Below are positions 29,733 through 39,356 of a DNA stretch of 64,000 nt, piece after piece. Below the pieces are notes generated by a model, which made no database searches, had not been told where the DNA came from, and worked only from the letters and a program-made list of their open reading frames with translations. The position numbers and the translations under genes were made by a program. The DNA is from Gemmatimonadota bacterium (GTDB taxonomy: Bacteria; Gemmatimonadota; Gemmatimonadetes; Gemmatimonadales; GWC2-71-9): contig JAZDCY010000033.1 of NCBI GenBank assembly GCA_036679645.1, forward strand, positions 1 through 64,000, written 5' to 3'. Position 1 is the stretch's first letter; every line of letters starts with the position of its first letter.

Positions 29733-30172
29733 TTGGGAACGACCAGCCGCATCAGAGCAACGGTTCGGGGCTGGCAGCCCGGTCAGTTCGCGATCGTTTG
29801 TCTTATCGCAATGGTGACCGAGGGTGGCCTCTACTGGGGCTATCGGGAGCTCGACGCTAGAGTCGACAGGATTGACAGATCCTGGGAACACTTGTTCGAG
29901 CTCCAGCAGCAGCGACTGCGAGATGGCTGTACATCCAGAACGGTGTCTTCGATTCCGCACAGGCGGCCACAGACTTCTTTGTCTCGGTAGTCGGCTCGAC
30001 GGCAGGCAAGCAAGATGCTCGGGCGGTACGCGATCTGGGGCATGGCATTATCACACCGGTCATGGTGCTCGTGTTTGTCGGGATGCTTGTTGTGTCGTGG
30101 CAGTGGTTTGGCCGAGGGTCGCCAGGGGCAACAGCACACAAGCCTGGGCCGCCATCGACCGGAGCAGCCTAG
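29733..30172 (+). pseudogene. Possible degraded membrane-protein gene
   Basis: Hydrophobic segments in different frames (GQFAIVCLIAM..; VMVLVFVGMLVVSWQWFG). Confidence 0.3.
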
Positions 30173-30176
30173 CACA

Positions 30177-30215
30177 CGCTCAGACCCGCAAGATGCATGA
30201 AAAAAGTTCGGTCAC
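30177..30215. repeat. 39-bp direct repeat, copy 2
   Basis: See 24841-24879. Confidence 0.9.
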
Positions 30216-30273
30216 CAAACCCAGGGAGTAGCCCCGAGAAACAGACCAAGCTAACCACTTGGCTCTCTTATAG

Positions 30274-30291
30274 TTGCCCCGCCTGGGATCG
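30274..30291 (-). repeat. 18-bp duplicate of tRNA-Gln 3' end (att-like)
   Basis: ttgccccgcctgggatcg identical to 30368-30385. Confidence 0.85.
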
Positions 30292-30332
30292 CAGCCGCAG
30301 CGTCAGCAAGGCCGAGCCCCGGTGGGGCAAAC

Positions 30333-30365
30333 GCAAAACGGCGCGGCTACCGCCGCGCCGTTTGC
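30333..30365 (-). terminator. Intrinsic terminator after the tRNA pair
   Basis: acggcgcgg/ccgcgccgt hairpin followed by T-rich run on the minus strand. Confidence 0.7.
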
Positions 30366-30367
30366 GA

Positions 30368-30440
30368 TTGCCCCGCCTGGGATCGAACCAGGACTCTTCT
30401 GATCCAGAGTCAGACGTGTTGCCAGTTACACCACGGGGCA
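30368..30440 (-). tRNA. tRNA-Gln(CTG)
   Basis: TGCCCCG acceptor, TCTGA-CTCTGGA-TCAGA anticodon arm, GGTTCGATCC T-arm; CCA not encoded. Confidence 0.96.
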
Positions 30441-30441
30441 G

Positions 30442-30514
30442 TGGAGCTGAGGGGGCTCGAACCCCTGACCTCCTGGGTGCGATCCAGGCGCTCTCCCAAC
30501 TGAGCTACAGCCCC
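30442..30514 (-). tRNA. tRNA-Ala(CGC)
   Basis: GGGGCTG/CAGCTCC acceptor with G3:U70; CCTGG-ATCGCAC-CCAGG anticodon arm. Confidence 0.96.
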
Positions 30515-30709
30515 TAAAAGCTAGACGCACAGACGCTCAGACGCGCAGACACGGAACCCCGCCAAAGTGTCGGCGGGGCCGGTGGAAGTCAAAGCTAGAA
30601 AGGCAGTTGTGGGGGGTCAAGGCTGGTGGGAGGACCCACTTGCCAACGGGGATGGAACACCTCGGCATTCCATGCGTTATTCAAGGCACCCCATGATTCC
30701 GGAGATTCC

Positions 30710-31423
30710 ATGACGCGTACTCCCCGTCGAGGTCGGTCGGCCCTCGCCGCTCCTCTTCTCCTGGCGGGACTGGCCTGCGGAGACGACAGCGGCTCGAACC
30801 CGCAGCCCAATGCCTCCCCCAACACCACGCCAGCCGCCCTCACCATCGTGAGCGGCAACAACCAAACGGGCACCGTTGGCCAATCACTAAGCAGCGCCCT
30901 CGTCGTAAGCGTGAAGGATTCCGAAGGGGCGGCGTTGTCAGGCGTCAGTGTAGCATGGTCGGCCGTTACGGGTGGTGGTATGGCCACCTCACCGACGACC
31001 AACACCAACGCGCAGGGAGAGGCCGCCACGACCTACACGCTCGGCGCCGTGGTTGGCGCCAACGAAGCGCGGGCCGCCGTCGCGGACATGACGAATCTCA
31101 ATGCGACCTTCACCGCTACCGGTGCCGCCGCACCGCCACCCCCACCCCCACCACCACCGCCGCCCCCGCCGTCGGCCAACGTCTCCATCGAGGACAACTT
31201 CTACATGTCCAGCAACGTCACGGTCAGTAGTGGGCAAAGCGTCGCCTGGAACTGGAACGGCATGAACGCCCACAGCGTCACCTTCGACGCGCCCATGAAC
31301 GACGATTCGGGTGTCCAGAGCGCCGGGATGTTCACGGTGCAGTTCAGTAACCCGGGTACGTTCACCTACTTCTGCACCGTGCACGGGCGCGCCATCATGT
31401 CGGGCCAGGTGGTGGTGAACTAG
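30710..31423 (+). CDS. Lipoprotein with Ig-like domain, polyproline linker and cupredoxin domain
   Basis: GLAC lipobox; IVSGNNQTGTVG; poly-P run; HSVTF..YFCTVHGRAIM. Confidence 0.85.
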   Translation: MTRTPRRGRSALAAPLLLAGLACGDDSGSNPQPNASPNTTPAALTIVSGNNQTGTVGQSLSSALVVSVKDSEGAALSGVSVAWSAVTGGGMATSPTTNTNAQGEAATTYTLGAVVGANEARAAVADMTNLNATFTATGAAAPPPPPPPPPPPPPSANVSIEDNFYMSSNVTVSSGQSVAWNWNGMNAHSVTFDAPMNDDSGVQSAGMFTVQFSNPGTFTYFCTVHGRAIMSGQVVVN

Positions 31424-31518
31424 CGTGCGGCAAGACGGCGTGGACTGGCTGACGCCCAAGGGTAGGCGAGCGCGCTTGTCGGCATTAGCTTCGTGGCTAC
31501 CAGACCGGAGATCGATCC

Positions 31519-31866
31519 ATGAAGCCTGTCCCAGCTCCTCTCGCCATCGCCCTGCTGCTCGTCCCGCTCGCCGGATGCGGCGACGATACCGGCCAGAACC
31601 CACAGCCCACGCCGATCACGGTCACGGTGGCAGACAACTCCTACAGCCCGACGACCGTGACACTTCCCACGGGCACGACCGTCAACTGGACCTGGACCGG
31701 GACCCAGCAACACGACGTGGTGTGGTCGGGGACCAATGCGCCTGCGGCAGCACCTCTTCAGGCCACCGGCACCTACCAACGCGTCTTCAACGCAACCGGC
31801 ACGTTCGGATACTTCTGCTCCATTCACGTCGCGGAAGGAATGACGGGAACGATCATCATCCAGTAG
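31519..31866 (+). CDS. Plastocyanin/azurin-family lipoprotein
   Basis: LAGC lipobox; HDVVW..YFCSIHVAEGM. Confidence 0.88.
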   Translation: MKPVPAPLAIALLLVPLAGCGDDTGQNPQPTPITVTVADNSYSPTTVTLPTGTTVNWTWTGTQQHDVVWSGTNAPAAAPLQATGTYQRVFNATGTFGYFCSIHVAEGMTGTIIIQ

Positions 31867-31886
31867 GCAGGCAGCACACCGACAGG

Positions 31887-31949
31887 CGCTCAGACGCTCA
31901 GACGCTCAGACGCTCAGACGCTCAGACGCTCAGACGCTCAGACGCTCAG
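31887..31949. repeat. GACGCTCA octamer tandem repeat (about 7-8 copies)
   Basis: Perfect 8-mer units with no spacers; related units near 18220 and 30525. Confidence 0.9.
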
Positions 31950-32014
31950 TTCATGGCGCTACGCAGGGCGTGGCATACCGCAAGCAATCAACGTGCTCTC
32001 AACAGGATTTTCTC

Positions 32015-32380
32015 ATGAATCGTGTTTCTCAGCTTTCCGCTGTTGTGGTTATTGTCGTGCTCGGTGCGTGCGGCGGCGACGACGCACAGCAACAGCCCAC
32101 CGGTCCCGGCCCATCCGGACCGACCGCGACGACGAGCGTCAACATTATCGACAACGGCTTCAGTCCGTCATCGAACAGCGCCACCGCCGGTCAGTCCGTC
32201 ACGTGGAGTTGGACCGGAAACAATCCTCATAACGTCACCTTTGACGACCCGGCCATTGGGAATTCGAGCACGAAGACGAGCGGCGGGTTTACGCGGAGCT
32301 TCCCTACGGCGGGGTCGTTCACCTACTTCTGCACTGTACACGGTAGGTCGATCATGTCGGGCACGGTGACGGTGAACTAA
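32015..32380 (+). CDS. Plastocyanin/azurin-family lipoprotein
   Basis: LGAC lipobox; HNVTF..YFCTVHGRSIM. Confidence 0.88.
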   Translation: MNRVSQLSAVVVIVVLGACGGDDAQQQPTGPGPSGPTATTSVNIIDNGFSPSSNSATAGQSVTWSWTGNNPHNVTFDDPAIGNSSTKTSGGFTRSFPTAGSFTYFCTVHGRSIMSGTVTVN

Positions 32381-32408
32381 AGAACGTTGAACGGTGAACG
32401 TTCGACGT

Positions 32409-33341
32409 TCACTCGTACGCCACCTCAACTGTCATCCCGTCCTTGGCCACGACGGTCTCGGGGAACACCGCTCGCGCCTCATCGAGCAGAGCGTTCGGCG
32501 CAATGGAGAACCGCGCCGAGAGATGAGTGAGCACCAACCGCTTGACACCCGCAGCTAGCGCTACCTGAGCCGCTTCCACAGCGGTCGAGTGTCGGGTTGC
32601 GCGTGCGCGGTCGCGTTCATCATCCGTGAACGTGGCCTCGTGCACGAGGAGATCCGCACCCGTCGCGGCATCCACCAGTTCCTTCGTGGGACGCGTATCG
32701 CCGGACATGGCAACGAGGCGCCCGGGCCGGGACGGCCCGACCAGCTCTTCGGGTCCCGCGGACTTACGAATGGGTGGATCAACCGACGCATCCTCCCACT
32801 GCACCGTCTCGCCACGGTGCAGCCGACCCCACAGCTGTCCCTCCGGAATTCCCAGGGCGCGCGCCTTCTCGGGGTCGAACCGGCCCAGCCGCTCGTGCTC
32901 TCGCAGGGCATAACCGACCGCATCGCCACCGTGCTCTGCTCGCAGCACCTCGATGGCGTAGTCCTCTCGGTCGAGCGTGTCGCCCGGTGCAATCTCGTGG
33001 ATCTCAATTGGGAAGGGAGCGCGCTCAACTCCCAACTCGATGGCGCTGCCGAGCACGCGTTTGGCGCCACGCGGGCCGTACAGATGGAGCGGATCTTCGC
33101 GACCCTGTAGCCCCAACGTGCGCACCAGGCCGATGACACCGAGAAAGTGATCGGCGTGGAAGTGCGTGAAGAACATTTCTCGGAACGTGAATCCCACCCC
33201 GAAGCGCATCATCTGGCGCTGCGTTCCCTCGCCGCAGTCGAACAGCAACATCTCGCCCTCGCGCTGGACGGCGATGGACGAGACCGATCGCTCGACGGTG
33301 GGCCGCGCCGCGGACGTGCCCAGAAAAGTGAGACTCAGCAT
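32409..33341 (-). CDS. rnz: Ribonuclease Z
   Basis: FLGTSAARPT, FDCGEGTQRQ, THFHADH, SGDTRP, HEATF, HST, LTHLSAR. Confidence 0.95.
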   Translation of the reverse strand: MLSLTFLGTSAARPTVERSVSSIAVQREGEMLLFDCGEGTQRQMMRFGVGFTFREMFFTHFHADHFLGVIGLVRTLGLQGREDPLHLYGPRGAKRVLGSAIELGVERAPFPIEIHEIAPGDTLDREDYAIEVLRAEHGGDAVGYALREHERLGRFDPEKARALGIPEGQLWGRLHRGETVQWEDASVDPPIRKSAGPEELVGPSRPGRLVAMSGDTRPTKELVDAATGADLLVHEATFTDDERDRARATRHSTAVEAAQVALAAGVKRLVLTHLSARFSIAPNALLDEARAVFPETVVAKDGMTVEVAYE

Positions 33342-33355
33342 GGGGGGGAATATAG

Positions 33356-33436
33356 AACGTCGAACTCTGAACGCAGAACATCGAACTCTGATTGTCTGGC
33401 GTTCGACGTTCGACGTTCGATGTTTGGCGTTCGGCG
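33356..33436. repeat. Degenerate heptamer repeats in inverted arrangement (GAACGTC / GTTCGAC)
   Basis: gaacgtc gaactct gaacgca gaacatc ... gttcgac gttcgac gttcgat. Confidence 0.75.
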
Positions 33437-33438
33437 TG

Positions 33439-34323
33439 CTAGAACACTCTCAGATGAAAGTATCGCGCCGGCCGCTCCCGAATGTCGTCGAGCAGGATAC
33501 GGAGCGAGCGGGCCGTCTCCACCATCTCGACATAGAGCGTCGTATCGTTCACCAGCCGGCCAAGCGTCCCCGAGTCGCTCTCCATACGTACCATCATGCG
33601 CGCCAGTGCTTGCGTGGCCTGACCAAGACCGATCACCATCTCGTTCAGGTTGTCGGTGATCTCGTCGAGCTGCGCCACGGAGCGGGCCAGGTCGGGACTA
33701 CCCAGCGTTGAGTCGAGGCGCCCAGCTACCGACGACAGCCGCTCGAGCGCACGAGCGGCTTCTCGCACTACGGGCCCGCTGCCAAGTTGGGCGATCACGT
33801 TCATCGCCCGGCGCGTAGCGGCCAGCGTCTCGTGGATCTCGTCGGCCGTGCGTTCCGACAGCAACGCACCGGCCCCGGACAGGACGTCTGTCGCCTGGTT
33901 CGCCACCGTCGCCGCCGTTTCCATTATGGCGAGTTCCCGCGTCCCGTCGATGATCTGTCCGTCAGCGAGCGCCTGATCCGACCGGCCCGGGTTGTAGTCC
34001 ACATACATCGCGCCGAAGGCGTCCAGCACGCGCACGGCTACTTGGGCGTCCTCCTTGGGCCCCACGCTGGCGTCCACCTCCATGTAGACCACGACGTCGC
34101 CCACACCCTCGAGAACCACGCGTGAGACGCGCCCCTTACGAACGCCCGAGATCGTCACCGGGTCCCCGACCCCGAGACCCGAGATGTCTGCGAAGCGCAC
34201 GCCGAAGGCCTCCCTGTCGCCGAACGACTTCCCCGCGAGAAACGTGAGCCCCCCGAAGACCAGGACGAGTGCGGCGACGACGAGAAGGCCGACGGTGACT
34301 TCCCGCTTGTAGTGAAGATCCAT
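33439..34323 (-). CDS. mlaD: MlaD/MCE family protein
   Basis: N-terminal TM; GLGVGDPVTISGVRKGRV; GTLGRLVNDTTLY. Confidence 0.9.
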   Translation of the reverse strand: MDLHYKREVTVGLLVVAALVLVFGGLTFLAGKSFGDREAFGVRFADISGLGVGDPVTISGVRKGRVSRVVLEGVGDVVVYMEVDASVGPKEDAQVAVRVLDAFGAMYVDYNPGRSDQALADGQIIDGTRELAIMETAATVANQATDVLSGAGALLSERTADEIHETLAATRRAMNVIAQLGSGPVVREAARALERLSSVAGRLDSTLGSPDLARSVAQLDEITDNLNEMVIGLGQATQALARMMVRMESDSGTLGRLVNDTTLYVEMVETARSLRILLDDIRERPARYFHLRVF

Positions 34324-34329
34324 AGGCCG

Positions 34330-35085
34330 CTAGCCCGGCTCGTGGAGGAAGGTCCCGAAATCCCGCTCGAAGAATTCTAACACCGCATCGTCGGTGCTCG
34401 CACGAATCTCTTCCGGCGTTCCCATGGCTCGGATCTGCGCATCCTTCAAGAGCGCAATCCTATCCGCGACGCGGAACGAGCCGCGCACATCGTGACTGAC
34501 GACCACGCTGGTCACGCCAAGGCTGTCTCGCAACTTCGTGACCAGCTTATCGATGATATCTGCATTCACCGGGTCGAGTCCGGAGGTGGGCTCATCGTAC
34601 AAGAGATAGGTCGGCTGGCCGGCAATGGCCCGCGCAATCCCGACCCGCTTCTTCATGCCGCCCGAGAGATCGGCTGGGTACTTCTCCGCCGTCTGGTGCG
34701 GCAGGTTCACGAGGTCGAGGCATTGCGCCACCCGACTCCGACAATACGATCGATCTGCCGCGCACTCCTCGTCGGTGATCCCGAGTTGGACGTTCTCATA
34801 GACACTCATCGAGTCGAACAGCGCACCGAACTGGAAGACGTACCCTATCCGGGAGCGGAGCATCGACAACGGCTTTCGCTGCAGATGCGGTACACTCAAC
34901 CCGTCGACGTACACCTCACCGGCATCGGGATGGATCAGGCCGTTGATGTGCTTGAGGAGGACGCTCTTCCCGACGCCGGACGGCCCGAGGAGAGCTACCG
35001 TCTCGCCCTGGTTCACGTCGAAGTCCACGCCGTCGAGCACCACCAGCTCGCCGAAACGCTTGTGGACGTCGCTGAGCTTGATCAT
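34330..35085 (-). CDS. mlaF: MlaF-type ABC ATPase
   Basis: GPSGVGKS, LSGGMKKRVGIARA, YDEPTSGLDP. Confidence 0.92.
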   Translation of the reverse strand: MIKLSDVHKRFGELVVLDGVDFDVNQGETVALLGPSGVGKSVLLKHINGLIHPDAGEVYVDGLSVPHLQRKPLSMLRSRIGYVFQFGALFDSMSVYENVQLGITDEECAADRSYCRSRVAQCLDLVNLPHQTAEKYPADLSGGMKKRVGIARAIAGQPTYLLYDEPTSGLDPVNADIIDKLVTKLRDSLGVTSVVVSHDVRGSFRVADRIALLKDAQIRAMGTPEEIRASTDDAVLEFFERDFGTFLHEPG

Positions 35086-35184
35086 GGGCGGGAAGGCGGG
35101 ATGGCGGGATGGCGGGAAGGCAGGATGGCACCCACGGACCCGAGACCCCCATCGTCCCGTCCTCGGTCTGCCGTCGCCGGTTCA

Positions 35185-35979
35185 CTACCCACTGGGCAAC
35201 AAGATTTGCGCGAGTACGGCATCGAGGAAGAGAATCGAGACGGACGCACTTACGACCGCGGCTGTAGTCGCGCGGCCCACTCCCTCCGCCCCCTGCTTGG
35301 TGGTAAACCCGACGTAGCACGGCACGAGGGAGATGGCCAACCCAAAGGCTACCGACTTGACGATCGAGTACCACAGATCCAATGGCCGAAAGAAGTACTG
35401 GGCACCGTAAATGAAGTCCGCGTTCGAAATCTGGAGTATCCCCGTCGCCGCAAACCACCAGCCTGATAGGATCCCGATCAGGTCGGCGAAGATGACGAGC
35501 ACCGGCAGCATCAGGGTACCGGCGAGTACCCGAGGAATGATCAGGTGCGAAATGGGAGATCGGCCCAGGCTCTCGAGCGCATCGATCTGTTCCGTGACCC
35601 GCATCGTTCCCAACTCCGCGGCGTAGCGGGCGCCGATACGACCCGCGAGCAACAGCGCGGTGAGCACAGGTCCCAACTCCAGAATGATGGTCTGGACCAC
35701 GAGGCCACCCACGATGTAGACGGGGAGGCTCGCCTCGAATTGATACCCCGTCTGCAGGGCCGTCACCGCACCTGCGAAACCGGCCGTCAGCATGACGATG
35801 AAGAGCGACCCGAATCCGACGTGATACGCCTGCTCGAAGGTCCGTGGCACCCAGACCCGCCACTCGCCAAGCGAACGGAACATCTCGAGCACTAGGTAAG
35901 AGAGACGCCCAACCTGGCTCATCGCCTTCAGGCTGAAGCGTCCGACGAGTCGCCTGGCGTCCAATGTGACGGTTGGCAT
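35185..35979 (-). CDS. mlaE: MlaE-type ABC permease
   Basis: ELGPVLTALLLAGRIGA..AELGTMRVTEQIDAL; GAEGVGRATT. Confidence 0.93.
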   Translation of the reverse strand: MPTVTLDARRLVGRFSLKAMSQVGRLSYLVLEMFRSLGEWRVWVPRTFEQAYHVGFGSLFIVMLTAGFAGAVTALQTGYQFEASLPVYIVGGLVVQTIILELGPVLTALLLAGRIGARYAAELGTMRVTEQIDALESLGRSPISHLIIPRVLAGTLMLPVLVIFADLIGILSGWWFAATGILQISNADFIYGAQYFFRPLDLWYSIVKSVAFGLAISLVPCYVGFTTKQGAEGVGRATTAAVVSASVSILFLDAVLAQILLPSG

Positions 35980-35995
35980 GGGCGACTTGGCCTAC

Positions 35996-36457
35996 CTAGC
36001 CGGTGACCGCGAAGAAGAGCGCGGCGGCGACGAGCAACAGCGCCGTACCCGACGCGGCGCGAAGGCGTCCGCGATACAGCCGCGCCGTCGCCGAGGACTC
36101 GGCACCCTCAGACAGCGCGGAGATCCGGGCCAGGCGCTGTGAGGTCGGCAGAGACACGAGGATCTCGATCACGCCGGCCAGGAGCCCCATTCCCTGCATC
36201 GCCGCGACCGACGGATCGCCCAGCCGTGAGCCGTAGCCCTGGCTCGCGGCCATCATGGTGAGCGCCACGCCGGAGGCAACCGCCGCGATGGCGCCCGGGC
36301 CCACGACCCAGGCGTACACCTTGCCCAGCATCTCGTCAACCGCCGCACGCGCTGCAGGGGACGTTTCGGCCTCGAGCGTGTTCACGAGAACGGCCACGGC
36401 ACCGCCTCCCAACCAGAGGCCAATACCAAGCATGTGCAGGAACCTGATGAGGTTCAC
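35996..36457 (-). CDS. Four-TM membrane protein
   Basis: RFLHMLGIGLWLGG; in operon. Confidence 0.75.
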   Translation of the reverse strand: MNLIRFLHMLGIGLWLGGGAVAVLVNTLEAETSPAARAAVDEMLGKVYAWVVGPGAIAAVASGVALTMMAASQGYGSRLGDPSVAAMQGMGLLAGVIEILVSLPTSQRLARISALSEGAESSATARLYRGRLRAASGTALLLVAAALFFAVTG

Positions 36458-36879
36458 GAGTCGGGCGCCTTAGCCACCACCTCCGGGACGATCGGACGGC
36501 GCGCGGCGAACCCCGCATCGATCTCGTGCCAGTGCAAGACCTCGGTCTCGCCCAGTCTCCAGCACAGGAAGATGTCACGGTCGTCGAGCATGGAGTGATA
36601 ATCGACGAGGCCGTCGTCGAATCCTTTGAGGATACACCCGATCTGCTTCAACTCCTCGATGAACTCGTTGATACGCTGGGCGACTTCATCGACCTCTGTG
36701 CGTAACGCGGCGGCATCTTCGGACTCACCGAGATCCCGTCGATCGCGCGCCGCAACCACCTCGTAGCGACTTAGAGCCCCCTTCCACTCGACATATTCGT
36801 CCACGATGTCCTGGACGATCCGCCGTACCAGCGGGAGCGTCCCGTTCGCTTCCTCGAGCGTGAAGTACCGTGTGTCCAT
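36454..36879 (-). CDS. DUF2203 family protein
   Basis: FTLEEANGTLPLVR..GLVDY..LCWRLGE..WHEIDAGFAARRPI. Confidence 0.9.
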   Translation of the reverse strand: MDTRYFTLEEANGTLPLVRRIVQDIVDEYVEWKGALSRYEVVAARDRRDLGESEDAAALRTEVDEVAQRINEFIEELKQIGCILKGFDDGLVDYHSMLDDRDIFLCWRLGETEVLHWHEIDAGFAARRPIVPEVVAKAPDS

Positions 36880-36887
36880 TCGACGTT

Positions 36888-38036
36888 TCAACCCACCAGA
36901 GTTCGCATGATGCCGGCGACGGCAAAACCGGTGTAGTTCCCAACCGCGTATCCCAGCAAGCCGACCGCAACGCCCGGAACGACACGATCCTGGTATCCCC
37001 GAGCCGTGGCAATGGCCATGGCGGATGCGGGACCGCCGATATTGGCCTGCGACGCGACCGTAAGCGTCGCGAGGTCGATCCGGAGTAGTCGACCGACACC
37101 GAACAGTAATAGGCCGTGAATGCCTACCACAATCAGCGTGTAGTAGAAGACCGCTGGTCCTACCCGCACAATCTCCCGAATGATCGACTGGGCGCCGAGG
37201 CCCGCCAGAAAAAGATGCAGCAGGTAGTTCCCCCACACGGGGCCGCCGGCCAGACGGCGCACCGGCCCCACCTGGGCAGCGATCAACGCAAATGTCGTAA
37301 GCCACAGGACGGTCGGGACACCCGGCACGTGGCGGCCAATCGCCTCGGCAAAGAAGAGCGCGGCGGTCGCGATGAGGAGCACCGCCGCCGTGTCGAGCAA
37401 CGTTACCGATCGGCCGGTCGCGGTGAACTCGGTGTCAACCGGACTTGATACCGGTGCGGCATCACCCGGCGCCTTGGCTGCGCGCGCATTGCGACCCCAC
37501 ACCTGCGCCAACACGACCGGTGCGATGAGCGAAGCGGCCATCCAGAGCGCCGTTGTCACATGATCCGCCGCCACGGCCGCACCGAATATCTCCGCGCTCG
37601 TCTCGAGACCGGCCCCAAGCGCCACGAAGTTGACCCCGCCGCCGATGTACGTACCCGTGTACTGCCCGGCCAGTTTCCACGTCTCGGGACCGACCGCACC
37701 GTGCAGCAGCAGCCCTCCCGCAATTGCGCCTACGACCGTACCGAAGGCGCCGAGTGCAAAGGCACCGAGCATTGCCGGTCCCGCGCGAATCAGCGTCTTG
37801 ACGTCGACCCCCATCAGGATGAGCGCGATCCCGAGGTTCACACCCACACCGCCCAACATATCGTATGCCTCTGAATGAGCGGGTAGGATTCCGACGTTGG
37901 ACAGCACCGCGGTGATCACGATTGCCGTGAGTACCGACCCGAGCGATCGCACCACGCGCGAACGCCGCTCGAGGTGAACGGCGGCGTAGACGATCACGGC
38001 AAGGACGAGAAAGACCGCCAGCGGGTCGGCGATCAT
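36888..38036 (-). CDS. DUF819 family membrane protein
   Basis: GTYIGGGVNFVA, ASQANIGGPASA, GYAVGNY. Confidence 0.9.
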   Translation of the reverse strand: MIADPLAVFLVLAVIVYAAVHLERRSRVVRSLGSVLTAIVITAVLSNVGILPAHSEAYDMLGGVGVNLGIALILMGVDVKTLIRAGPAMLGAFALGAFGTVVGAIAGGLLLHGAVGPETWKLAGQYTGTYIGGGVNFVALGAGLETSAEIFGAAVAADHVTTALWMAASLIAPVVLAQVWGRNARAAKAPGDAAPVSSPVDTEFTATGRSVTLLDTAAVLLIATAALFFAEAIGRHVPGVPTVLWLTTFALIAAQVGPVRRLAGGPVWGNYLLHLFLAGLGAQSIIREIVRVGPAVFYYTLIVVGIHGLLLFGVGRLLRIDLATLTVASQANIGGPASAMAIATARGYQDRVVPGVAVGLLGYAVGNYTGFAVAGIMRTLVG

Positions 38037-38878
38037 GCAGCGGGACCGGCCCAGGACAGCGCGCGAACGGCCGCGCGATACCCTTCTTCGACGTAGTGGC
38101 CGACACGATCAACAGCGAACGTCGCCTCGGCCTCGATGACGGGCTGCACAACCACCACCCGGGGACCGCCGTTCCGGCTCGCGGCCTCACCGGTCCACCG
38201 CGCAATCTCCCGCTCGATCTGTGCCGCCATCATGATCCGCACCGTGTTCCCATGCGTGCGTACAAGGGGCGGCAGCGCCGCCCTGCGATCGGCAGGCTCC
38301 TCGTAAAGCGATGGTCCGACATTGACCGCGAAGAGTAACTCGGGCTCGAACAGCGCCGCGACATCGAGCGGGAGCACACTGCGGAGTCCGCCATCGACGT
38401 AGAGCCGGTCACCAATCCGGCCTGGCGGGTAGTAGACCGACAGCGCGCAGGACGCATACAGGGCATCGACCAACGGAACCCGCTCGCGCCCGCCGGCCCC
38501 GAACAGCACCAACTGGCCATTCTGGGAATCGACTGCCGTCACTGTGAGGGGGACATCCAATTCGTCGAAGCGTGCGGCGGGAACGAGACGCGCGATGGTC
38601 TCTCGTAGAGGGGCCTCACGCAGAAAACTCTCACTGAAGTACCCCAACACCGCGGCTGATGACATCGCGGCGACATCCGCGCGCCTGATCTGGGTCATGC
38701 GTACGAGCGCCTGCTCATACGACAGGCCGCTTGCCAGGCACGCGGCTACGACGGCACCCATCGAGGTGCCAACGTAGTGCTCGGGAACGAGCGATCGCTC
38801 GGTGAGCGCCTTGACCGCTCCAAGGTGGGCGGCCGTCTTGGCACCTCCACCCGAGAGCGCGCAGACGACGCGCGTCAC
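38033..38878 (-). CDS. Patatin-like phospholipase
   Basis: LSGGGAK..AHLG, GTSMG, DGG. Confidence 0.92.
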   Translation of the reverse strand: MTRVVCALSGGGAKTAAHLGAVKALTERSLVPEHYVGTSMGAVVAACLASGLSYEQALVRMTQIRRADVAAMSSAAVLGYFSESFLREAPLRETIARLVPAARFDELDVPLTVTAVDSQNGQLVLFGAGGRERVPLVDALYASCALSVYYPPGRIGDRLYVDGGLRSVLPLDVAALFEPELLFAVNVGPSLYEEPADRRAALPPLVRTHGNTVRIMMAAQIEREIARWTGEAASRNGGPRVVVVQPVIEAEATFAVDRVGHYVEEGYRAAVRALSWAGPAA

Positions 38879-39318
38879 GAAGGCCTCTCGCGTCCGACGT
38901 CGGCAAGGCGGCGACGACGACGTTCCTGTGCCGCGGTGTGACGGCGTCGCTCCGCTTCCGTCTCCAGCACGAGCCCGCGCACCGGCGACGGTCGGCCGTT
39001 CTCGTCGGTGGCGACGAACGTCACGTAACAACTATTCGTGTGCCGCCGTTTTCCCGTATGCAGGTTCTCGGCTTCGATTCGCACGCCGACTTCCATTGAC
39101 GATCGACCCACGAAGTTGACGCACGCATCGGCAATCACGAGTTCACCCAGATAGATCGGCTCGAGGAAATCGACGCGGTCCATGGATACCGTCACGCACG
39201 GCTGGCGCGCATGTCGTGTCGCCGCGACCGAAGCGACCTGGTCGATCAACGAGACGATCACGCCACCGAACACATTCCCGAGGTTGTTCGCCATGTGCGG
39301 CATCATCCGCTCGGACAT
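38875..39318 (-). CDS. Acyl-CoA thioesterase (hotdog fold)
   Basis: NNLGNVFGG, CVTVSMD, GRSSMEVGV. Confidence 0.92.
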   Translation of the reverse strand: MSERMMPHMANNLGNVFGGVIVSLIDQVASVAATRHARQPCVTVSMDRVDFLEPIYLGELVIADACVNFVGRSSMEVGVRIEAENLHTGKRRHTNSCYVTFVATDENGRPSPVRGLVLETEAERRRHTAAQERRRRRLADVGRERPS

Positions 39319-39356
39319 GGTCGCTCGGGTGGCGGAGGGCGGGGCGGGAGGAAGGG

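Noticed and set aside
19126..30440. Complete integron or prophage
   Set aside because: No tyrosine recombinase or phage structural gene is recognisable in the window.
31887..31949. Possible CRISPR array
   Set aside because: 8-bp units with no spacers and no cas genes; simple tandem repeat.
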